In this document: positions 21,840 through 30,070 of the stretch, in pieces
How the letters are laid out: each line of letters starts with the position of its first letter
Position numbering within the stretch: position 1 is the stretch's first letter
Assembly: GCA_000165345.1 (NCBI GenBank)
Contig: CM000429.1
Coordinates: 256,001 to 320,000 of the forward strand
Reading direction: 5' to 3'
Length of the DNA stretch: 64,000 bases
Made by a program: the position numbers and the translations under genes
The notes under the pieces: model-generated
The model's input: only the letters and a program-made list of their open reading frames with translations
Told to the model about the DNA's origin: nothing
The model's database searches: none

Positions 21840-22130
21840 CTTTTGAAGTCGTCAATTATAATAGTTTAAACATATTTTCCTTTCTTGTATTGCAGATAGC
21901 ATGTCAGGGCATTCGTTAATTGTTTACCGGAATTTGTATCTTTTTAGACTATTTCCTAAACTAATAGTATATTCATTAGTTAATTCATATTGGCTATATA
22001 ATTACTTTGAATACTAAAATATATTTCTCTTTTTGCGAGGAATTTTTTGCCGTATTTTAATGATTGGGAAATGTTCATCTTTGCATGTGGTCGAACACCG
22101 GTATTGAATTTTCTCAAATTACGAATATGC

Positions 22131-22150
22131 TTGCCCGCCAATTGCATGCA
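22131..22150. promoter_or_regulatory. composite E2F-like TTGCCCGCCAA + TGCATGCA element
   Basis: TTGCCCGCCAATTGCATGCAACC. A second site, TTGGCGCGCATGC, lies at 22472-22484, 74 nt upstream of ATG 22558. Confidence 0.45.
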
Positions 22151-22557
22151 ACCACTAAGATGTAATTGTTGTAAATATGCACACAAAAAGAATAGTTTAA
22201 AAATTAATATATTTACTATTTAATTGACAGATAATAAAGTAATTAGCAAGTCAGCTAATATGATTTTTTCGGTAAAATTCATAGCGTGTAAGAGACATTG
22301 AGTTAGCAATATAAAAAAGAGAGCTCACAAACATCTCTTTCAACATAAACAATGAACATCAAATCTCCATATTTTAAAAATTTTAAATAGTATTGAAGGT
22401 ATTCACATTTTAAAAAAAAAAAAAAAAGAAATACATTCCTCGATAAGGCTAAATTAGTGGGGAACACGTAGTTGGCGCGCATGCTGTATATTAACTCAAG
22501 GAACGAATTTATGTAAAGGAGTAGAGGAATAGCAATAGTGACAAAAGAAGTAAGGAA

Positions 22558-24279
22558 ATGTTGGATAGAGGACTTCTTCAGTCAATATTTGGTTCTGATT
22601 CAGCCTCAGCTCCTTCAGGATATCAATTAAATGAGGTAACTAATTTGAGTTATATTCAGGAAGGTAGTTGTAATTATTTGGAGGACTATTTAATCAAAAA
22701 ATTAAAAAGAAATGATCCGAAAGTAAAGTTTAAGGCATTAAGATTGATAAAACACCTCTGTGAGAATGGTAATCCAACTTTTAAGATGCTGGTACAACGT
22801 CATGCGAATCAAATAAGAGTTTGTCAAAGCTATAAGGGCACATTTGATCCTGTATATGGAGATACTTTATCGGAATTAGTTAGAGAAGAAGCAATTCAAT
22901 GTTTAAAGTCAATATTTAGCAGCAACAATAGGAGTGACGAGAGTATCAAAGTTGGGAACCAAAGTAAAGGGTCTGGACTTAAAGCTAATGGATCTGCGAA
23001 TAATAGTTACAAAGATAGAATTCATGGATTTGGAAATCCAAACTTTATTGATAAAATAGAGCCAGATAATGACTCAATGGATATTTCTCAAATTGGGAAT
23101 TCTATTGTATACAATGCAAAAATCGGACAATATAATCAAGTAGTTGATGACCTTTCTGAGTTAGTGTTGAAAGTACTTCCAAACAAGTTAATTAATGGTA
23201 TTTCGAACTATTATGGGAACTCCAGAAGCGGAGCAAAACCTGCAAATTTTAGTTATCAGAGCAATCCTGAGCCTCGCAGAGACTTCAGAGATGGCTTCTT
23301 TAACAGTGAAATCTCAAGAGGAGTTACCAATATTCAAAATTATCAGATTCCAACATATAAACAAAAAGATTTCCCTGAGTGTAAAATCGAGGAAAATAAG
23401 CTTCAATATTCAAAACCTACTATTACAATAAACAGCCAAAATATTTCCAGTGGCAATACACTAGAAACCCATTTTGTTGAAAGCTATTGCTCATCAACAG
23501 GACTAATTATGAATCCTTCCAATGAAATTCTTCAAAATAGCATCAAAGAGATTCAAAAATTAGATATACCTATTGTTATTAAGTTGCTACATAACAAACT
23601 AATCGATCTAAGCGATACAGATACTAACTTTGGTAAGAAAGATAATGAAACCCATAGCAATGGCAATGATGAACAAACTGATAGTTATTATATTGATAAA
23701 AATGAACAACATAAATCTCCTTACACTTCGAATCAAACATTAAAATCAGAAAGTAACTTCAAAGTTATTTATAAAATTTTGTGCCTCATTCTTTCTATGC
23801 TTGAAACAAATCAAAACACTAAAAAAAGTCTCATTGAGTATTCAAATGACGATTTCATACACTTCCTGAATACAATTTCAACCAGTAACATTCACTGTAG
23901 GAGAAAGGTCAAACAAATTATCGAAGTATTAGGTGCCAGCACCAGCACCTCGCATGCAGTTGCGCATGCCCCACAATGCCCGCCCGACGTTGAGTTAACT
24001 AATAATTTAATAGACTTGAGTACGGAAAGTACAGATTTTAAGGCTGATAAAGAATTAAATTCAGTAACTGATCTGACAGATTCATTATTAATACTATCAA
24101 ATCAGACGCAGGAGAATTCCTATAAGAAAAATAATTTATTTAAGAATTTATCAATAAAAAATCATTCAAATAAAGCAGGAGCTATAAATTCGAGGAGGCA
24201 ACAACAGGACAAGCAAACTAAAGGTTTTGGATCAAATGAAAACGTAGGAAAGTCTCTAGTCGATTTGGGAATATTATAG
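22558..24279 (+). CDS. ENTH/VHS-like domain protein resembling tepsin (AP-4 accessory protein); long low-complexity C-terminus
   Basis: The N-terminal 120 aa align with the tepsin ENTH domain. Query: GYQLNEVTNLSYIQEGSCNYLEDYLIKKLKRNDPKVKFKALRLIKHLCENGNPTFKMLVQRHANQIRVCQSYKGTFDPVYGDTLSELVREEAIQCLKSIFS. Human: PGYLFEEIAKISHESPGSSQCLLEYLLSRL...KLKVLKILLYLCSHGSSFF...PPDPLHGNSLYQKVRAAAQDLGSTLFS. Confidence 0.5.
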   Translation: MLDRGLLQSIFGSDSASAPSGYQLNEVTNLSYIQEGSCNYLEDYLIKKLKRNDPKVKFKALRLIKHLCENGNPTFKMLVQRHANQIRVCQSYKGTFDPVYGDTLSELVREEAIQCLKSIFSSNNRSDESIKVGNQSKGSGLKANGSANNSYKDRIHGFGNPNFIDKIEPDNDSMDISQIGNSIVYNAKIGQYNQVVDDLSELVLKVLPNKLINGISNYYGNSRSGAKPANFSYQSNPEPRRDFRDGFFNSEISRGVTNIQNYQIPTYKQKDFPECKIEENKLQYSKPTITINSQNISSGNTLETHFVESYCSSTGLIMNPSNEILQNSIKEIQKLDIPIVIKLLHNKLIDLSDTDTNFGKKDNETHSNGNDEQTDSYYIDKNEQHKSPYTSNQTLKSESNFKVIYKILCLILSMLETNQNTKKSLIEYSNDDFIHFLNTISTSNIHCRRKVKQIIEVLGASTSTSHAVAHAPQCPPDVELTNNLIDLSTESTDFKADKELNSVTDLTDSLLILSNQTQENSYKKNNLFKNLSIKNHSNKAGAINSRRQQQDKQTKGFGSNENVGKSLVDLGIL

Positions 24280-24423
24280 TTATTTTCTAGCCACTAATTG
24301 TTCGAATGTTTTCTTTCCCCCTCCTTTTTTTTTGTATATTTTATACTCATTTTCTTAAGTTTACTCATTAATTCAAATTATTATGAATTTGTAGTGCTTC
24401 TGGTGAATATGACTTCTTAAGAG

Positions 24424-24433
24424 TTGGCGCCAA
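24424..24433. promoter_or_regulatory. E2F-like TTGGCGCCAA upstream of ATG 24646
   Basis: Exact palindrome. Confidence 0.45.
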
Positions 24434-24645
24434 ATTGTGCAAAATTATTGGTGGAATTTCTGGATCAAAATAAAATTTCAATAAGAAAAGAACAATATTT
24501 TGTGTATTTGATTGAAATTAATTCTTTGTATCAAAATTCGATTCATTACTTATGCCTCTATTGTATTTAGAATACAAGAAAATATTTTTATAAGGTAATA
24601 CTTATTTGCAAAACGAATAAAGTGAGGGGAAGCTAGAAGTTAGTA

Positions 24646-25359
24646 ATGATCGAAAATCAGCTATCCTGCAGTTCTGCAGGCAAAATGAAAGAAATTATAA
24701 AGATACAAGAACAACTCAGGGATGAAGTTTTGGAATGCATACAAAGTCGAAAAAGTAAGATGGCTGAATTACAAAGTGAAACTGAGGAACTTGGAAACCA
24801 AATGATACAAGAAGTAACAATGAAGGTTTTACATCGAATTGAGCTTATTATGAATACTTTAGAAAGTATTCTTTGTAGATGTGAGAAAGTTGAAGCCAAG
24901 TTTATTAGTTATAAGAGAGATTCAAATTCAAAAAGTCAACAAGTTGGAGAACTTGCAGAAAGATTTGAATCTGTCAAGCATGAACTTAAACATTACTTTG
25001 TTATAATTGAAAGAATAGCAGGAATTTTCTCAGAAACTAATCATCTCAATAATCAGATGATTAAAACAATCAATGATAAACTTTCTAGACTGTCATGCAA
25101 TAATTCGCATATTCCAATTCAAGAACAAATACAAAAATTCCACGAAAATTTTGAAAATAATTCAAAACTTAATGTTTTTAACCCTAATAATCAATTCAGT
25201 AATTTTGTTCTTCAAGAATTCAAAAGCATTCAGAACGCTATAAATTCCACTTCAAAACTCAGACAAGAAGCTGATGACAGCATTGCCAATGCAATGAAGG
25301 AATTTACTGATACACTCCAAAACGGACTTAAAATCGCTGTTAGTCACTCAAAATACTAA
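24646..25359 (+). CDS. hypothetical coiled-coil protein (237 aa)
   Basis: ATG-initiated ORF with heptad-rich sequence (EELGNQMIQEVTMKVLHRIELIMNTLESIL...). No domain recognised. Confidence 0.6.
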   Translation: MIENQLSCSSAGKMKEIIKIQEQLRDEVLECIQSRKSKMAELQSETEELGNQMIQEVTMKVLHRIELIMNTLESILCRCEKVEAKFISYKRDSNSKSQQVGELAERFESVKHELKHYFVIIERIAGIFSETNHLNNQMIKTINDKLSRLSCNNSHIPIQEQIQKFHENFENNSKLNVFNPNNQFSNFVLQEFKSIQNAINSTSKLRQEADDSIANAMKEFTDTLQNGLKIAVSHSKY

Positions 25360-25573
25360 TTATGTTGAACCTAATTATATTTTTATTAACATTCCGCCGC
25401 AAACCAAATGTACTATTTTCTTATTTAATTTTTTGCATGTAGCTACCGCTAAAACTTTCTTCCTACTAAATTTGTTCCACATTCTCACAAGTTTTGGCGG
25501 CACATTCCTTATGGAATTCGGTATTTTGGCGGTAAGAGCCTAGTTATTTGAGCAGATTACTCCGGACGATAGA

Positions 25574-25583
25574 GGGGGGGGGG
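25574..25583. repeat. G10 homopolymer followed by a mirrored C-rich tract (TCTCCCCCACC at ~25609-25619), upstream of the ACBP gene
   Basis: GATAGAGGGGGGGGGGTTGGGAACC. A G10 run is very unusual in a ~30% GC genome. Confidence 0.9.
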
Positions 25584-25744
25584 TTGGGAACCAGAGAAAA
25601 ACAAATCTCTCCCCCACCTTTGTATAGTTTCTTTGCTTTCTCGAGTGGAGTTTATCTGAGTTTTTTACTTTCTTTTAGAAAGCATTTTATTTAGTAATAT
25701 ATTTATTGGGTAACCAAATCAATTGAGAGTCTCTGTTTTCAAGA

Positions 25745-26551
25745 ATGACTGATATCTTATCCACGAACAAAAAGTTTGCCTCAGCTGCTGATTACTGTGC
25801 AAATAATGTGTCTTCATTTAGCAATGAGGAGCTTTTGGATTTATATGGATTCTATAAACAGGCAACTGTGGGCGATGCACCAGAAAAATCTGGCTCATTT
25901 TTTTCTGCATTTAGCATGAAAGACCAAGCTAAATCAAAGTCTTGGGCTTCAAGAAAAGGAATGAATCCAGAGGATGCCGCCAATGAATATATTAAACTTA
26001 TAGAGAAGAAAAATCCTCAATGGGAGGAAACTATTGGTAAGAATTCGTGTATGTCACTTTCCAATTCAACTTCTCGTCCTTTATTAGAATCAAACCTGGA
26101 TGAAGAGAAACTTGAAGTAGAATTGAAAGGTGTATTGGATCAGGTTCTGCTTGATCCAAACTTTTCCGAAAAGAATTGCTCACTTTCTGTTTTTGATGCA
26201 TTTTGCTCGCAGGTAAATAAAAATGAGGTTGAATTTTTAAAGAAAATTCTTGAAAGATATCCATTTTTGTCTAATTCCCGAAGTTCAGAAGGATCTTATG
26301 CTCTTCATCTAGCATGCGACAAAGGTTATAGTGAAATTGCTCTGCTACTTTTAAAGAATGGAGCAAATCCAAATGTTAAAGATAACTTTGGGGACTCCCC
26401 TCTTCATGTTTCTGTAATTTCTGAGCAGGAAAGCTGCGTTAAAGTTCTTCTCAAGCATGGAGCTGACCTAAAATTAACAAATGATGATGGTTTGACTCCT
26501 ATCCAACTGTCAGAAAATGATCAACTCAAAAGAATTCTCGAAAGCAGTTAA
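25745..26551 (+). CDS. ACBP1: acyl-CoA-binding protein fused to C-terminal ankyrin repeats (CpACBP1-type)
   Basis: The N-terminal ACBP fold is FSNEELLDLYGFYKQATVGDAPEKSG...KSWASRKGMNPEDAANEYIKLIEKKNPQWEE. Two ankyrin repeats follow: GSYALHLACDKGYSEIALLLLKNGANPNVKDNFGDSPLHVSVISEQESCVKVLLKHGADLKL. The 268 aa fused architecture is that described for Cryptosporidium parvum ACBP1. Confidence 0.85.
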   Translation: MTDILSTNKKFASAADYCANNVSSFSNEELLDLYGFYKQATVGDAPEKSGSFFSAFSMKDQAKSKSWASRKGMNPEDAANEYIKLIEKKNPQWEETIGKNSCMSLSNSTSRPLLESNLDEEKLEVELKGVLDQVLLDPNFSEKNCSLSVFDAFCSQVNKNEVEFLKKILERYPFLSNSRSSEGSYALHLACDKGYSEIALLLLKNGANPNVKDNFGDSPLHVSVISEQESCVKVLLKHGADLKLTNDDGLTPIQLSENDQLKRILESS

Positions 26552-26860
26552 ATCCTCAACTCTGAATGAAAATATAGAGGAAAGACTTGGGATAATTAGA
26601 ACTTTATGCGTATAGCTCATGCTAAATAGAAAATCAAGGTAGGAATGGAAGCTAGAGGACGTTTGATTCACTTATGGCTTGAAGGTCCTTACTTTGACTA
26701 CATTAACTCCTCCTATCATAAGTATAATAAATTGTGTTTCTTAAGTTGCTATTTCTTATTTTTTTATTCCAACTATTTTTTCCAAATCAACATTATTTCT
26801 GTCTGTTCATTTGGAAAATCATCTTTTTGAGCTAGAACTGAATTGCTACCTCACGTATCC

Positions 26861-27241
26861 TTAACGACCACAGAAAACTATACAACATTCACCGCATCTG
26901 CATCCTCCAGTTGGATTCTTCTGAATTGGCCCCTGGTTATGTGAACATGATTGATTATGCTCGCATTTATCTAAAACTTCGGGCTTCTGAGACTGTATTG
27001 GCGCAGTGCCCGCCTTTTGTCCGCATGCAGAACATTCAAAGCATGTGTTTCTATTCTGCAAAGCTGGCATTCTATTTACTCTGGGGATACAAATTCTGCA
27101 TATGTATCTATGAACGACAGGCCTTCTATTTGTACACATAAGCTGTTGAGAACATCCTCTTCTTAGATCAAAGCAACAGCAAGAGCATCTTCTATTATTT
27201 GCTGGGTAACTTTCAAAGCAAAAAAAATTGTTATTACACAT
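26861..27241 (-). CDS. small Cys-rich protein (126 aa), putative metal-binding; family unknown
   Basis: Track ORF 26861..27313 starts at TTG. The first ATG is 27241..27239 (MCNNNFFCFESYPANNRRCSCCCFDLRRGCSQQLMCTNRRPVVHRYICRIC...CFECSACGQKAG...CRCGECCIVFCGR). It has about 24 Cys in CxxC-like pairs and codon usage that looks coding. It is the only ORF filling a 1.1-kb gap. Confidence 0.35.
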   Translation of the reverse strand: MCNNNFFCFESYPANNRRCSCCCFDLRRGCSQQLMCTNRRPVVHRYICRICIPRVNRMPALQNRNTCFECSACGQKAGTAPIQSQKPEVLDKCEHNQSCSHNQGPIQKNPTGGCRCGECCIVFCGR

Positions 27242-27574
27242 TTTTAAAAATAAAATATTACCAGTAATTTTCAACCTTTCTAAAAATATGAATTCAATAA
27301 AAGAGAGTGCCAATAGGGACAGAGATATGATAATTTACTATTTTATTTTTTTGTAAAAAAGTCAAAATTGAATGGTATCTCCTTATTCTGGACGTCTGGA
27401 ACATTTCCATTTTTAATCTTTTCAACCCTCACCATAGGGCATTCTTTTTTCTTTTTTTCATGATTCTATTTAAATTTAATTTATGTAAATACATGCATTA
27501 ATCTATTTTTTTTTTTATTACCTGTGCTTATGCAATACAATCGCCAAATTTTTTTATGTGGACGTCCACAATAA

Positions 27575-27598
27575 TGCATGCATGCATGCATGCATGCA
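27575..27598. repeat. (TGCA)6 microsatellite, giving three overlapping TGCATGCA palindromes upstream of ATG 27685
   Basis: AATGCATGCATGCATGCATGCATGCAAAAAAGG. Confidence 0.95.
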
Positions 27599-27684
27599 AA
27601 AAAGGTGCAAAAAAAAATTTAGGAATAAAATTAGGCAATATAAATAATAAATTTGAATTTGAATGATAGTAATGAGAAAATTAA

Positions 27685-28578
27685 ATGAGGATTACTTTTT
27701 TGGCTTTTTTAGTTGTGATTTTTTTCTTTTTAGTAAAAACGTCAAAAGGAGAAGAAAATGAGAAATTGATGAAAACAAGTAGACGGTTTTTGGTTCAAAT
27801 ATGCAAGAGCTTACAGATAAGTAAAAATCCAGAAGATTTAGTAAACTGTTATAAATCCTCAATATACTTTTGTGAATATCTTTGGGTTATAGCATACATA
27901 ATAGAGGAAAAGAAATCTTTTAAGACCCAAATGATTTTGCCTAAAGGAGTAATTGACGATAAAAATTGCATGGAGATTAATTTTCAACAATGTATTACAA
28001 TAGCTAATTTTTTAATTAATGAAAGTTCTATTTCCGTGGAATATAATGCAATTAATAGTATGGTTAGTCCAGTCATTGAAGAATGCAATTTTGAAAATAC
28101 CAATTTATTATTAAGCTTAAATGCATTATGGTTGAAAAATTCGAATAAGATTTCAGATCTTACTCAAGGCGTTATAATAGGGAGGGGATACCAAGAACTG
28201 GTACAGTTTACTAATCCTTTTCTTGATTTATCAACAATAATTTGTCAAGATGTAAAAATGTATTTATTTACTGAAAAGTATAAAATGAAACTTAAAGCAG
28301 TCATGAAGGATCTTATACAATACAAGAACCTATCCTTAACCATTCCAGATCCTGTTTATGTTAGATTACCACTTAAATACGATGAAGAATTAGATTTAAA
28401 TTGGCTCTACTGCCAAGATCTGCCAAAATATTTAAATAAATTGGATGAAGTGTCTGATCAAATTAAGCTAGATTTACGTGGTAAAAGTTTAATAATTAAC
28501 AAGGATATTATTACAAAATGTACACTAAAGAATAATAATAAAGTAATGAAGATAATTACGTGGAAAATTATCAACTAA
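27685..28578 (+). CDS. hypothetical secreted protein (297 aa) with N-terminal signal peptide
   Basis: MRITFLAFLVVIFFFLVKTSKGEENE... is a hydrophobic h-region followed by a polar mature protein. No homology recognised, so it is probably lineage-specific. Confidence 0.65.
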   Translation: MRITFLAFLVVIFFFLVKTSKGEENEKLMKTSRRFLVQICKSLQISKNPEDLVNCYKSSIYFCEYLWVIAYIIEEKKSFKTQMILPKGVIDDKNCMEINFQQCITIANFLINESSISVEYNAINSMVSPVIEECNFENTNLLLSLNALWLKNSNKISDLTQGVIIGRGYQELVQFTNPFLDLSTIICQDVKMYLFTEKYKMKLKAVMKDLIQYKNLSLTIPDPVYVRLPLKYDEELDLNWLYCQDLPKYLNKLDEVSDQIKLDLRGKSLIINKDIITKCTLKNNNKVMKIITWKIIN

Positions 28579-28737
28579 ATTTTGGATTTAAATCTAGAAA
28601 ATATATAAACTTTGAATTAAATGAATGAACAAAATACTGGACTCTGCTGAATAAAAATCATTTAGTAGCAAAATAAAGCATTCAAATATTTTTTCATATA
28701 CTGGATATATCATGTTCTCTCTTGTTTTCGAATCCAA

Positions 28738-29862
28738 TTACTGTAACTGAGAAAGTTTCTTCATTAATAGACCTTTTTTCGATGCATGCCTTAAAAGAGT
28801 AAGAACAAAAGGAAGAAAATCATGCCTTCTTCTCTCGTTCTCTTTCTTCCATATTTCACGATTATACTTTTCGTTCTGAATTATCGAGAGATTTTCAGAT
28901 ATTTCATGGGTGATCTTAGTAATTTCTTTTTGAATTAAAGCGATATCATTTGGAATGGAAGATAATATAGAATCAAGCTCATCAGATTCAATTTCTTCTT
29001 CAGAAAGACTTTCCAAATCAGTACTTAAGTCCCCTCCCAAACTTAGAAGCTTTGCAATATGAGCTTGCCTGGAAATTTTGAGATATTTGACTTTTTTTTC
29101 GGTAACAGAAATTTTATCTGGAACAACGGCTAATAAACTGAATCTTATTTCACCATGAGATGAATCCTCATTTTGTAGCTCAATCCTTCTTTTAACTTCC
29201 TCCATTACTCTTGATACCCAAAGATTTGGTTTATCATATAATGCTGATATTTCATTATCTAATGAGAAATTCTCAGAATCATTAACTTTAGGACTTCCTA
29301 AATCTACAACTCCAGTAGTAAGTCCATCAAGCTCATAAACATTTTTTCCAAATGGAATATAACAAATATAATGAAATGCATCTCCCTTGGAGTCATTTGA
29401 GTCTGGATCAGAAACTTCCAAAGAAGAGATTGGCCTAAAAGAATTGTGTGCGGTTCTCAATACTTCACTATTACCAATTACAAGTCCTTTTGTCATTGGA
29501 TCAAAGCTACTTGAAAACTTTTTAAATTCTTCAAGATGGGATCCAATATCAATATCTAATCTATTCAAGATAATTGAAAGTATCGCCTGAGTTGCACATG
29601 CATTGTTTATTACCTGGTTTGCATAAAACATTCCTGGAGGAGCCTCAATTGGCTGTGAAAAGTGATTTCCCTTGAACTTTTCTGTAAATTTAAAGAGGAA
29701 AATTATTCCATAAATATTCCCATATTCATTAGCTATGAATTCCATCCCACTCTCACTATAGTCATATATTTCAGCAAATTGTATTCCCTTAACTCCATAT
29801 CTCTCCACTAACTCTGTAAAAACTCCTGGGTCGCTTTCTATTGTACACCAATCCCCTGACAT
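28738..29862 (-). CDS. ubiquitin C-terminal hydrolase, UCH37/UCHL5-like (peptidase C12) with C-terminal ULD extension (374 aa)
   Basis: Track start 29877 is TTG. The ATG is at 29862 (MSGDWCTIESDPGVFTELVERYGVKGIQFAEIYD...). The active-site region is QVINNACATQAILSI, with ...FHYICYIP...YELDGL following. The C-terminal ENERRRHDFLPFVLTLLRHASKKGLL matches the UCHL5 tail EENIRRKHNYLPFIMELLKTLAEH. Confidence 0.85.
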   Translation of the reverse strand: MSGDWCTIESDPGVFTELVERYGVKGIQFAEIYDYSESGMEFIANEYGNIYGIIFLFKFTEKFKGNHFSQPIEAPPGMFYANQVINNACATQAILSIILNRLDIDIGSHLEEFKKFSSSFDPMTKGLVIGNSEVLRTAHNSFRPISSLEVSDPDSNDSKGDAFHYICYIPFGKNVYELDGLTTGVVDLGSPKVNDSENFSLDNEISALYDKPNLWVSRVMEEVKRRIELQNEDSSHGEIRFSLLAVVPDKISVTEKKVKYLKISRQAHIAKLLSLGGDLSTDLESLSEEEIESDELDSILSSIPNDIALIQKEITKITHEISENLSIIQNEKYNREIWKKENERRRHDFLPFVLTLLRHASKKGLLMKKLSQLQ

Positions 29863-30026
29863 GATTTCAAATATCAAATTAACCAGTTTATTTGCATATA
29901 AATATATATGTATGTATATATATTTATATTTATATTAACTTGCCTTCTTCTCAATGGTGGCAAATATTATTTTTTCTTTCTTTCTCGCCAAATTCCTCAC
30001 TTATGGGGGAATTTTAACTATTTCCA

Positions 30027-30056
30027 TTTGGCGCCACATTTCGAAATTGCATGCAG
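30027..30056. promoter_or_regulatory. composite TTTGGCGCCA + TGCATGCA element in the 208-bp RAD54-stop / UCHL5-start interval
   Basis: CATTTGGCGCCACATTTCGAAATTGCATGCAG. Confidence 0.5.
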
Positions 30057-30070
30057 AAAAAAGGATAAAA

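Noticed and set aside
25745-26551. ACBP-ankyrin fusion as a novel architecture.
   Set aside because: The fusion is real but already described for Cryptosporidium parvum (CpACBP1), so it is not new.
27180-27313. Possible 5' intron (GTAATA...TTTGAAAG, 52 nt) in the Cys-rich gene.
   Set aside because: Splicing it creates an immediate in-frame stop because of the frame shift, so the simple ATG 27241 model was kept.
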